Below are positions 49,822 through 57,564 of a stretch of 64,000 nucleotides of DNA, piece after piece (the stretch's first letter is position 1; each line of letters starts with the position of its first letter). The DNA is taken from positions 32,001 through 96,000 of the IMG/VR virus record IMGVR_UViG_3300032224_000723; one strand, given 5' to 3'. The notes beneath the pieces were generated by a model. The model was not told the DNA's origin, made no database searches, and saw only the letters and a program-made list of their open reading frames with translations. The position numbers and the translations under genes were made by a program. This stretch comes from a virus.

Positions 49822-50159
49822 TTCAATTACCTCTAGGATGTACTGTTGTCTACGGCATTCGCATAGACATCGACAATTTATCAGCTGACATCATTGACTG
49901 GTATAAAACTGTTGGTGGTGTTATAACTGAAAGCAAACACTACAACCGTAGAGGTAACGAACACGTAACGACTTATGTACAATATGGTAAGTCAAAGAAA
50001 TGCCATTATCATCACAATGGTGGATCCAACGCTGTCAGACTTCATTTCCTCGGCGAGGATGCCAGTGTTGCTAGTATGTTCTTATTAAAGTTTATGGAAC
50101 ATGTAACTGATCACAATCTTAAGGAAGTAATGCACAGGATTGAGTACGATAAATACTAG
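49818..50159 (+). CDS. Hypothetical phage protein
   Basis: ORF with ATGA overlap. Confidence 0.6.
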   Translation: MIQLPLGCTVVYGIRIDIDNLSADIIDWYKTVGGVITESKHYNRRGNEHVTTYVQYGKSKKCHYHHNGGSNAVRLHFLGEDASVASMFLLKFMEHVTDHNLKEVMHRIEYDKY

Positions 50160-50167
50160 TTCAATCC

Positions 50168-50231
50168 AGCGGCCTCTGAGCATCATCCCGCTATACAAAT
50201 TCTGCTGCCTATGCTATAATTAACATAGGAG
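50168..50231 (+). ncRNA. Candidate preQ1-I-like riboswitch variant plus SD-masking hairpin in queD leader
   Basis: P1 AGCGG/CCGCT, loop ending CATC, ATACAAA tail, AGCA/TGCT pseudoknot option; CCTATG/CATAGG hairpin over AGGAG. Confidence 0.45.
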
Positions 50232-50237
50232 AAAAGC

Positions 50238-50741
50238 ATGTCACTACAACCCGTATTATACAAATACACCAGCACTAAAGAATACCACGACGCATTTCCT
50301 TGCGCTTATCGTCAATGGCGAGCAGACAGTCATTGTAATTTGATACATGGCTATTCGTTTAGTATGAAATTTTACTTTGGTACAAATGATTTAGATGTTC
50401 GTAACTGGGCCGGCGACTATGGTGGACTTAAAGAACTTAAGAAGATACTGGAAGATCAATTTGACCATACATTGATTGTTGCACAAGATGATCCAGAGCT
50501 GGAGACATTTAAGTTGTTGCAAGAAAAGAACATGGCCAAGATTGTGGTACTGCCCAAACTAGGTTGCGAAGGACTTGCGGATCAACTCTACAAGTTTGTA
50601 AACGGTGTTTACATTCCTGACAACTGGGGTCCGGGCGAAGCAGAACGCTTATGGTGCTATCGTGTTGAGGTACGTGAGACACAGGCTAATATGGCATTCC
50701 GTGAAGGCCATCGTGAATGGAATGAGGACTTGTTTGCATGA
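50238..50741 (+). CDS. queD: 6-carboxy-5,6,7,8-tetrahydropterin synthase
   Basis: HCNLIHGY, DYGGLK, FDHT, CEGLA, VRET. Confidence 0.85.
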   Translation: MSLQPVLYKYTSTKEYHDAFPCAYRQWRADSHCNLIHGYSFSMKFYFGTNDLDVRNWAGDYGGLKELKKILEDQFDHTLIVAQDDPELETFKLLQEKNMAKIVVLPKLGCEGLADQLYKFVNGVYIPDNWGPGEAERLWCYRVEVRETQANMAFREGHREWNEDLFA

Positions 50742-50862
50742 AACTATACAAACACAGCAACGGTAAACAAGTCTTTTCCCCGAGCATATCCCTAAAGGAT
50801 GGGAAGTTATGTTGAAGCCAACGACCTTTGAAATTGTATGGCGTAAGATTCGGAATAGATAA
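50738..50862 (+). pseudogene. Small gene apparently split by a 1-nt frameshift
   Basis: Start coupled to queD stop (ATGA) and, in the -1 frame, stop coupled to next start (TAATG). Confidence 0.45.
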
Positions 50863-51098
50863 TGACGCCAGAGCAACAGATCAAACTCGTTGAAGAACGG
50901 GCACGATTGCAAATAGAAGCCGCCGAAGCTGATCGAGATTATGCACTAGGTTTAGCAGCCGCGGCTCACTTGGAATTGATACAGGCCATAAAGTATGGAT
51001 TCAATCCCAAGTCCGCACACAGTACATTAATTAGTATTGGTAAGTTGAGCCCAAGACTAAATGCAATACGAGAAAAGATGTTGAGAGACAAAGAATGA
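50862..51098 (+). CDS. Hypothetical protein
   Basis: ORF. Confidence 0.55.
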   Translation: MTPEQQIKLVEERARLQIEAAEADRDYALGLAAAAHLELIQAIKYGFNPKSAHSTLISIGKLSPRLNAIREKMLRDKE

Positions 51099-51367
51099 AT
51101 TCAAAAATAGAAGAAGCATTAGGTATACTGCAAGAAGAATGTGCAGAAGTTATTGTAGAAGTCAGCAAGTGCCGTAGGTTTGGTATTGACAGCGTACACT
51201 ACAAAACTGGCATCGAACACTCCAAAATGCTTGAGTTGGAAGTAGGAGATGTGTTAGCATTAATAGATATTCTTGTTGAGCAAGGCGTTTTAAATACAGC
51301 AGTATTAGACATTGCCAAAGCAAACAAAAAAGAAAAACTTAAACAGTGGTCAAAAATTTATGAGTAA
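51095..51367 (+). CDS. MazG-like NTP pyrophosphohydrolase
   Basis: QEECAEV...ELEVGDV acidic motif. Confidence 0.75.
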   Translation: MNSKIEEALGILQEECAEVIVEVSKCRRFGIDSVHYKTGIEHSKMLELEVGDVLALIDILVEQGVLNTAVLDIAKANKKEKLKQWSKIYE

Positions 51368-52217
51368 ACTTAAAATATCAGAATTGTTTTACAGCGCACA
51401 AGGCGAAGGTCGCTTTGTTGGTGTTCCCAGTGTGTTTCTACGCACGTACGGATGTAACTTTAAATGTGCAGGCTTTGGCTGCAAGCCCGGCGAACTCAGC
51501 ACAGAAGCAGATGAAGTAGCAAAGAACATTCATTTGTATAAAACATTTGAAGAACTACCTTTGGTCAATACCGGCTGTGACAGCTATGCTAGTTGGCATC
51601 CTGCATTTAAAGATCTAAGTCACACATATGACATTGATGAGATTGTTGTAAAAATGTTGGCCTTAACTCCCAATGGACGTTGGGTACAAAACAACGGCAA
51701 CGATGTACACTTAGTTATCACAGGTGGCGAACCTTTGCTAGGTTGGCAACGCAGTTATGAAGAACTACTAAGTCATCCCGGACTTGAAGATATTCGTAAC
51801 ATTACATTTGAAACTAATGGTACACAACCACTCAGTGACAAATTCAAAGCATTCTTAGATGAATGGTATACTCCTGATAAAGAAATCACATTCAGTGTGA
51901 GTCCCAAGTTAATTGCCAGCGGTGAGATGTGGAATGATGCTATCAAGCCAGAAGTTGTAATTGACTATCAAAGATATGGTCATACTTACTTGAAGTTTGT
52001 AGTAGAACATGCGGCACATTTTGATGAGGTAGACAATGCTGTGCGTGAATATAGACGTGCAGGATTTGAAATGACTGTGTTTGTTATGCCGCAAGGTGGT
52101 GTTGTAACTCCTTATGAAAAAAATCGTGTTAATGTTGCTAACTGGGCATTGGCCAGAGGTTATAACTATAGTCCACGGCTACACGTCGACTTGTGGGGCA
52201 ATGGCTGGGGTAAGTAA
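51360..52217 (+). CDS. queE: 7-carboxy-7-deazaguanine synthase (radical SAM)
   Basis: ELFYSAQGEG, GCNFKC...GCDS, ITGGEP, ETNGT, SPK, PRLH. Confidence 0.92.
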   Translation: MSKLKISELFYSAQGEGRFVGVPSVFLRTYGCNFKCAGFGCKPGELSTEADEVAKNIHLYKTFEELPLVNTGCDSYASWHPAFKDLSHTYDIDEIVVKMLALTPNGRWVQNNGNDVHLVITGGEPLLGWQRSYEELLSHPGLEDIRNITFETNGTQPLSDKFKAFLDEWYTPDKEITFSVSPKLIASGEMWNDAIKPEVVIDYQRYGHTYLKFVVEHAAHFDEVDNAVREYRRAGFEMTVFVMPQGGVVTPYEKNRVNVANWALARGYNYSPRLHVDLWGNGWGK

Positions 52218-52489
52218 TGTTTGGCACTAATTACAACGAACACAGAGTATCCATGGGATATCCTGAAAAGAATCAACAAGAAGCCGACGATTGGTTTTAT
52301 CGCCGTTGTCTCGGAGCAGAACTTAAATTTTGTTTATGGCCTAGGCGTTGTGATATAAGTAATAAACTTATTTGGTTTAAGTATGGATATAGATTAATTG
52401 CTATATTGACTGGTCCAGGCGACGATGTTGTTGAAACTCGGTGGCACGATAAGATTGAACATATAATTTGGCAATTAAAAAGGAATTAA
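52217..52489 (+). CDS. Hypothetical phage protein
   Basis: TAATG coupling. Confidence 0.6.
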   Translation: MFGTNYNEHRVSMGYPEKNQQEADDWFYRRCLGAELKFCLWPRRCDISNKLIWFKYGYRLIAILTGPGDDVVETRWHDKIEHIIWQLKRN

Positions 52490-52490
52490 A

Positions 52491-52880
52491 ATGGGACTAT
52501 TTGATAGATTTAAAAAACAACCAGAGCCTGCTCCAGTGGTTAAAGAACCCAAAGTCAAAGCACCTAAGGTAGAAAAGACCGCTAAAGAAATTGCTACAGA
52601 AAAAGGCGAGCCTTGGATAGACTGTGTGACCATTGACCTTGATCCTGAAAACATTGGTGCAGGAGCATTTGAATTAGATTGGAACGAATTTTTTATTGCT
52701 AAACTTATACGCAGTGGGTATCAAGGCAAAGACGATGCAGCCATTGTGGATCGTTGGTTCCAGGATGTTTGTAGAAATGTTGTGTTGGAAACATTTGAAC
52801 AATACGAAGCCAATAATCCAAGACCCACAACTGGTATTCAACGTAAAAAATTAGACGACGGGCGTACAGAAGTATCATGA
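52491..52880 (+). CDS. Hypothetical phage protein
   Basis: AAGGA RBS, ORF. Confidence 0.7.
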   Translation: MGLFDRFKKQPEPAPVVKEPKVKAPKVEKTAKEIATEKGEPWIDCVTIDLDPENIGAGAFELDWNEFFIAKLIRSGYQGKDDAAIVDRWFQDVCRNVVLETFEQYEANNPRPTTGIQRKKLDDGRTEVS

Positions 52881-53539
52881 AGTTGTATGTAAACGGCGAT
52901 AGTCACAGTGCTGGGTTTGATGCTGGAGGTCCTGACTTCAGCTATGGCCGCTATATCGCCGATGCATTAGGATGGGATTTTGTTTGTGATGCAACACCGG
53001 CTTGTAGTAACCCCAGTATTATACGAAAAACTGTCGACTACCTAGAACGCGGCTCGCTACCAGATTTTATAATCATAGGTTGGAGTACCTGGGAACGGGA
53101 AACATGGTGGGGGGCGGATGGTAAGCCTTATCATGTTACTGCATCGGGACTAGATTCCTTACCCGAAGATTTGCATGACCGTTATAAAAAATGGGTTATT
53201 GAATCTAACGAAGATTATTTCCAACAACAAAAAGAAAGTTTGAATCACGAATTAATTTGGGCACAGCATCAAAGATTCGTAAGACTTGGTATTCCGCATT
53301 TATTCTTTAACTGCTACAGTCAATTTTTCTACACAGACGTTTATAAAAAACCAAAATATCCGTGGGGAGATTGTTATGTGGATCCCTACAGCCAAAATAT
53401 GACTTACTATTATTGGTTAGAACAACACGGATACAAGCCCTCCAATCCAGAGTATTTCCATTATGGTGCAGATGGCCAAAAAGCATGGGCTGATTTCCTT
53501 TTACCAAAAGTTCAAAAACTATTGACAAATAAACTATAA
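52877..53539 (+). CDS. SGNH-hydrolase-like protein
   Basis: YVNGDSHSAG, SN, HYGADGQ. Confidence 0.6.
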   Translation: MKLYVNGDSHSAGFDAGGPDFSYGRYIADALGWDFVCDATPACSNPSIIRKTVDYLERGSLPDFIIIGWSTWERETWWGADGKPYHVTASGLDSLPEDLHDRYKKWVIESNEDYFQQQKESLNHELIWAQHQRFVRLGIPHLFFNCYSQFFYTDVYKKPKYPWGDCYVDPYSQNMTYYYWLEQHGYKPSNPEYFHYGADGQKAWADFLLPKVQKLLTNKL

Positions 53540-53550
53540 TATGCTATTAT
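53522..53550 (+). promoter_or_regulatory. Sigma70-type promoter, probably giving a leaderless RNase H mRNA
   Basis: TTGACA-N17-TATTAT; ATG at 53557; no SD. Confidence 0.65.
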
Positions 53551-53556
53551 TATGGC

Positions 53557-54546
53557 ATGAGATACTTAATCGTTGATACCGCTAACACATTCTTCCGTGC
53601 CCGTCACAGTGCCCATCGCCAAAGCGATACATGGGACAGATTGGGATTTGCCATTCATGTTACACTGGCCAGCGTAAACAAAGCATGGCGTGATCAAAAA
53701 GCAGATCATGTTGTATTCTGTTTAGAAGGTCGTAGCTGGCGCAAGGACTACTATGAACCCTACAAAAAGAATCGCTCAGTGGCAAGAGCTGCTCAAACTG
53801 AGGCCGAACAAGAAGAAGATCGCCTCTTCTGGTCCGCATTCGACGACCTCAAAACATTCCTCACAGACAGAACAAATTGTACTGTTCTCCAGCACGGACA
53901 GTTGGAAGCAGATGACTTGGTGGCAGGATGGATCCAAAGTCACCCTCAGGATCACCACACCATTGTAAGTTCAGACACAGACTTCCATCAACTGCTTAGT
54001 GCTAATGTAAATCAATATAACGGCATTGCGGATGAACTGCATACATTGGAAGGTATACTTGACAAGAAAGGCAAGTTAGTTATTGATAAGAAAACTAAAG
54101 AGCCCAAGAAGATTCCCGACCCTAGCTGGATCTTGTTTGAAAAATGTATGCGCGGTGACCCCACTGACAATGTGTTCAGTGCTTATCCAGGTGTGCGTAC
54201 TAAAGGTAGCAAGAACAAAGTGGGTTTGGAAGAAGCCTATGCAGATAGAGCCAAGCAAGGATTTTCGTGGAACAATCTCATGCTCCAACGTTGGACAGAC
54301 CACAATGGTGTCGAACATCGTGTGTTGGATGACTATGAACGTAATCGTACATTGGTAGACTTGTCTGCACAGCCAGACAATATCAAAGCCGTTATTGCAG
54401 AAACTATTGCTGCCAACAGTGTAGCAAAGAATCGTCCAATGATTGGCGCTCAGTTCTTAAAGTTTTGTGGCAAATATGAACTGAATAGACTAAGTGAAAA
54501 TGCCACAAGTTTTAGTGATTTTTTAAGTAAAGGATACACACAATGA
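53557..54546 (+). CDS. RNase H / 5'-3' exonuclease (T4 Rnh-like, FEN family)
   Basis: LIVD, YKKNR, EADD, SSDTDF.QL, GDPTDNV. Confidence 0.9.
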   Translation: MRYLIVDTANTFFRARHSAHRQSDTWDRLGFAIHVTLASVNKAWRDQKADHVVFCLEGRSWRKDYYEPYKKNRSVARAAQTEAEQEEDRLFWSAFDDLKTFLTDRTNCTVLQHGQLEADDLVAGWIQSHPQDHHTIVSSDTDFHQLLSANVNQYNGIADELHTLEGILDKKGKLVIDKKTKEPKKIPDPSWILFEKCMRGDPTDNVFSAYPGVRTKGSKNKVGLEEAYADRAKQGFSWNNLMLQRWTDHNGVEHRVLDDYERNRTLVDLSAQPDNIKAVIAETIAANSVAKNRPMIGAQFLKFCGKYELNRLSENATSFSDFLSKGYTQ

Positions 54547-55064
54547 TTGAAATGAAAGAATTTTTTGAATTAGTAGGATACAAAATTACCGAGGGCAGTG
54601 ACTATGGGTGGGAATGTTACGGTCCTAATAGCCATAGGCTTAGTGCGTGGAATGGAAAACACAGTGACGGTGGATGGAGTGCTGATATTGTGTTCAGTAC
54701 TAAAAGCCAAAAAGTCTATGAAGTAACAGTATGTGATATGGCTAACGATCGTGCTTACCGTATGATTAATCCCAAGTTTTTGGACAAGCATAACAAAGAA
54801 GCCGAACGGCGATCAGTGTCAGCTAATCAAGCGTGGGATGATATCAACTACACTGACCTTGAAGTGGACTCCGACTTTTTAGAAAAAGCTCGGGCTATTA
54901 TAGCAGGACAAGACTATGACACTCGTGTACAAATTGAAGTTGATTTTTCAGATGAAGAATTGCTACACTATATGAAAATTGCACACGAACGTGACATAAC
55001 ATTCAATCAACTAATCGAAGAAAGTCTACGTCATGTTATCAAGGAACACGGTGTAGAAGTTTGA
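54543..55064 (+). CDS. Hypothetical phage protein (possible C-terminal RHH)
   Basis: ORF; AHERDITFNQLI tail. Confidence 0.6.
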   Translation: MIEMKEFFELVGYKITEGSDYGWECYGPNSHRLSAWNGKHSDGGWSADIVFSTKSQKVYEVTVCDMANDRAYRMINPKFLDKHNKEAERRSVSANQAWDDINYTDLEVDSDFLEKARAIIAGQDYDTRVQIEVDFSDEELLHYMKIAHERDITFNQLIEESLRHVIKEHGVEV

Positions 55065-55065
55065 T

Positions 55066-55263
55066 ATGGATATAACAAATATCAAAGATATTAAAATTAA
55101 CTTTAATCGAGGATCGTGGGACCCGAGAACACAAAGTATTGTGTTGAGCTATGATCCCAATTCTCAGTGCGGATTTAGTATGAAATTAGTTCCTGTGTAT
55201 GTCGAAACTTCAGTGGATAACACGGATCTAGCCAAAGAAGTATTAAGGAAATTCACTAAATGA
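55066..55263 (+). CDS. Hypothetical protein
   Basis: ORF. Confidence 0.5.
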   Translation: MDITNIKDIKINFNRGSWDPRTQSIVLSYDPNSQCGFSMKLVPVYVETSVDNTDLAKEVLRKFTK

Positions 55264-55577
55264 ACTTTGTGATGTGGTTGCTTAAACGAATCAAGACCAG
55301 CTTGGGTTGGCAAAGTCTTTGGGTCAGTGACTATCGTCATGCTATTTTGCACGACAAAGGTTACAGTATATTTTTAACCCTGGGCATTGGATTCATTTAT
55401 GTTGTGACTGTGGGGTGGGTATGTATCCATTTTATTGACCAAACCGAAACAGCACAAAATACTGTAGTAGGTTTGATAGCGTCAGTTGCAGTGTTCTATG
55501 TATATCATTGGATAATGGCCTTGCATGAAGTTTATGAAAAAGAGAAACAAAACATGTGGGAGATATTAAAGCAATGA
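55260..55577 (+). CDS. Two-TM membrane protein
   Basis: Hydrophobic segments. Confidence 0.6.
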   Translation: MNFVMWLLKRIKTSLGWQSLWVSDYRHAILHDKGYSIFLTLGIGFIYVVTVGWVCIHFIDQTETAQNTVVGLIASVAVFYVYHWIMALHEVYEKEKQNMWEILKQ

Positions 55578-55771
55578 CCATTGAAGATTTAGAACATATT
55601 TTTAAACCTCAGATTGATGAGGGTACAACTAGTTTGTATTTCATGTTGATTGACAGCGACCACCGAGTAATTATGCGCCAAGAGTCGAATGAAATCCAAA
55701 CGCTTTTATCGTTGTTAGATAACTTTGAATACGCCGGATCTGAAGGTCGTATGCCTAGATTTGTAAAATAA
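55574..55771 (+). CDS. Hypothetical protein
   Basis: ATGA overlap at 55574. Confidence 0.55.
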   Translation: MTIEDLEHIFKPQIDEGTTSLYFMLIDSDHRVIMRQESNEIQTLLSLLDNFEYAGSEGRMPRFVK

Positions 55772-55826
55772 CTGTATGCTAAACAGCACTCTAAGGCGTT
55801 ATATATGTACACACTAGGAGTCATAT

Positions 55827-55964
55827 ATGACACGAGATATCATTAATCAAGTTAGAGAGATGTTAGACAGACATTTGGACGTAGTTGAAATTGCCAGTAA
55901 ATTGAATTTAGATTTAGACACAGTAAGAATAGCCGCAGACATTATTAAAGAACTTATTACCTAG
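55827..55964 (+). CDS. 45-aa HTH-like protein
   Basis: Hand-translated ...LDVVEIASKLNLDLDTVR...; AGGAG RBS. Confidence 0.6.
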   Translation: MTRDIINQVREMLDRHLDVVEIASKLNLDLDTVRIAADIIKELIT

Positions 55965-55965
55965 C

Positions 55966-56189
55966 ATGTTTAAAACTCATATCAGCACTATTAAAACTAT
56001 CCGTCAAGGTGACGATGACTTTATGCTCAACGACGGAATGATTATAAGCCCAGAGCTGGTTTTGAGATTAGTACAAAATGCCCCGACGGATATAAAAGAG
56101 TCATACAAGAAGCTATCGACATGGGCTGGCTCAAACCTGTAGCACACTTGCATGATCATGAATATATGTGGGACAAATTAAAAGGTTAA
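55966..56189 (+). pseudogene. Small gene apparently split by a 1-nt frameshift near 56050
   Basis: Frame 0 from ATG 55966; the -1 frame (PRAGFEIS...DKLKG*) runs to a stop just before the next ATG. Confidence 0.4.
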
Positions 56190-56191
56190 CT

Positions 56192-56377
56192 ATGAATAGA
56201 AACATTGAACAACGCATGACGGAAATAATGAAGCCTATAGATCAATCTATACAGTTAACCGACGACGAGAATGACATGTTGATGTTGGCCTGTGCCATGC
56301 TACAACGTGTAACAGAAATATTTGATAAAACTCTTGGCGAAGAAGGTCGTCGTCAAATGTTTAAGGATCATGCATGA
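56192..56377 (+). CDS. Hypothetical protein
   Basis: AAGG RBS; ATG 56192. Confidence 0.6.
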   Translation: MNRNIEQRMTEIMKPIDQSIQLTDDENDMLMLACAMLQRVTEIFDKTLGEEGRRQMFKDHA

Positions 56378-56553
56378 AACCTTTTAGGTCTTGGTTAGAA
56401 GATTTATGGCGTGTTAATTGTGATGAGCACGACGGTTATAAAGAACCACGCTATACCTTGCAAGAATATTTTGCTAAGTACAAGTGGTGGTTGCGTAGAG
56501 AATATAGACATCAACAAACTTTGAAAGAATCAAATGACAGAACTAATAGCTAA
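56374..56553 (+). CDS. 59-aa hypothetical protein (MKPFRSWLEDLW...)
   Basis: Hand-translated; ATGA overlap and AAGGA RBS. Confidence 0.55.
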   Translation: MKPFRSWLEDLWRVNCDEHDGYKEPRYTLQEYFAKYKWWLRREYRHQQTLKESNDRTNS

Positions 56554-57019
56554 ACCAGTTATTAAAAATAAGTTTTGGATTGTAGAATCTGAAGGCACAA
56601 AAGTTGCCACAATCCAAGCAGTGGAGGACGGCGGATTTGTTTATGTACACGACGAAGAACGCCAACGATTTCCTTCAATTAAATTATTAAGCAAAGAACA
56701 CAATATTGTGTTTGATGCTACCACAGTTAAAAAAGAAAAAGCAGTGGTAGAACTACATGAGGTATATGGATACCCTGTGACTAAAACCAACAAAGCATGG
56801 AACACAATGTGGGATGTCAAGCATCAGTTTCCTGTATACACTAAGACCAGTAAAAGTAAAAGTTACTACTGTGCGGGTTATTACATTATTAAATTCAACA
56901 ACGGGTGGGTTAAAAGCCATTGCCCCAAATTTATTACACTGAATCGTTATGAATTTAAGGGACCATTCAAAACCAAAGCCGAAGTACAAGAGCAGTTGAG
57001 GTTAGCAAATGGAAAATAA
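56534..57019 (+). CDS. Hypothetical phage protein
   Basis: ORF. Confidence 0.7.
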   Translation: MTELIAKPVIKNKFWIVESEGTKVATIQAVEDGGFVYVHDEERQRFPSIKLLSKEHNIVFDATTVKKEKAVVELHEVYGYPVTKTNKAWNTMWDVKHQFPVYTKTSKSKSYYCAGYYIIKFNNGWVKSHCPKFITLNRYEFKGPFKTKAEVQEQLRLANGK

Positions 57020-57230
57020 TTTAACCATTCACTTAAAAATGTTTAATGACAAAGTTAAACTAATGAACTCTAGTAACAGTAAGCAGTTGATCTTATCTGC
57101 CACAGAAGCACGTAATTTGCATGCGGATTTGTTTGATTTACTTAATCATTGTGCCACTTTAAGCCAAGAAATCAGCCGCAAGGGTCAAGAACAAGTTGTC
57201 AATGTTGCAATGGATGGCGGCGGCTTTTAA
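57009..57230 (+). CDS. Hypothetical phage protein
   Basis: GAGG RBS; ends MDGGGF. Confidence 0.65.
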   Translation: MENNLTIHLKMFNDKVKLMNSSNSKQLILSATEARNLHADLFDLLNHCATLSQEISRKGQEQVVNVAMDGGGF

Positions 57231-57276
57231 TAATATACGCAGATAAATATAATAAATACAACAGTCAATTAAGAGT

Positions 57277-57564
57277 ATGAGCAGACCTAAACCAAAAGTG
57301 TTAGTAGAACACGTTAACAAAACAAACTATAAGACAGAACAAGTCTTGAGTAGCGAAGGTATATGGGCTGTATTTTACGATAATCAACCTGTTAATTTAA
57401 AGTCCAGCAACATGCTGGTCAGCTATCCTGGTCCTAAGTATAAGAAAACTAGTTTTAGCAATCCAGGTCATGCTATCAATTTAGCCAAGAAGCTCAATAC
57501 CCTATTCAAGACTGATTTGTTTACTGTGGTGTTATTGAAAAGTGGCGACAGAATCTACCCCTAA
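57277..57564 (+). CDS. Hypothetical phage protein
   Basis: Double TAAATA (57244, 57253) upstream. Confidence 0.7.
   Translation: MSRPKPKVLVEHVNKTNYKTEQVLSSEGIWAVFYDNQPVNLKSSNMLVSYPGPKYKKTSFSNPGHAINLAKKLNTLFKTDLFTVVLLKSGDRIYP

Larger units (their letters stand above)
16..57258 (+). promoter_or_regulatory. Dispersed T4-like late promoters (TAAATA core)
   Basis: TAAATA shortly upstream of starts at 16, 68, 3521, 5528, 7515, 8952 (full TATAAATA), 13620, 15215, 20299, 27260, 28820, 50150, 57244. Confidence 0.55.
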
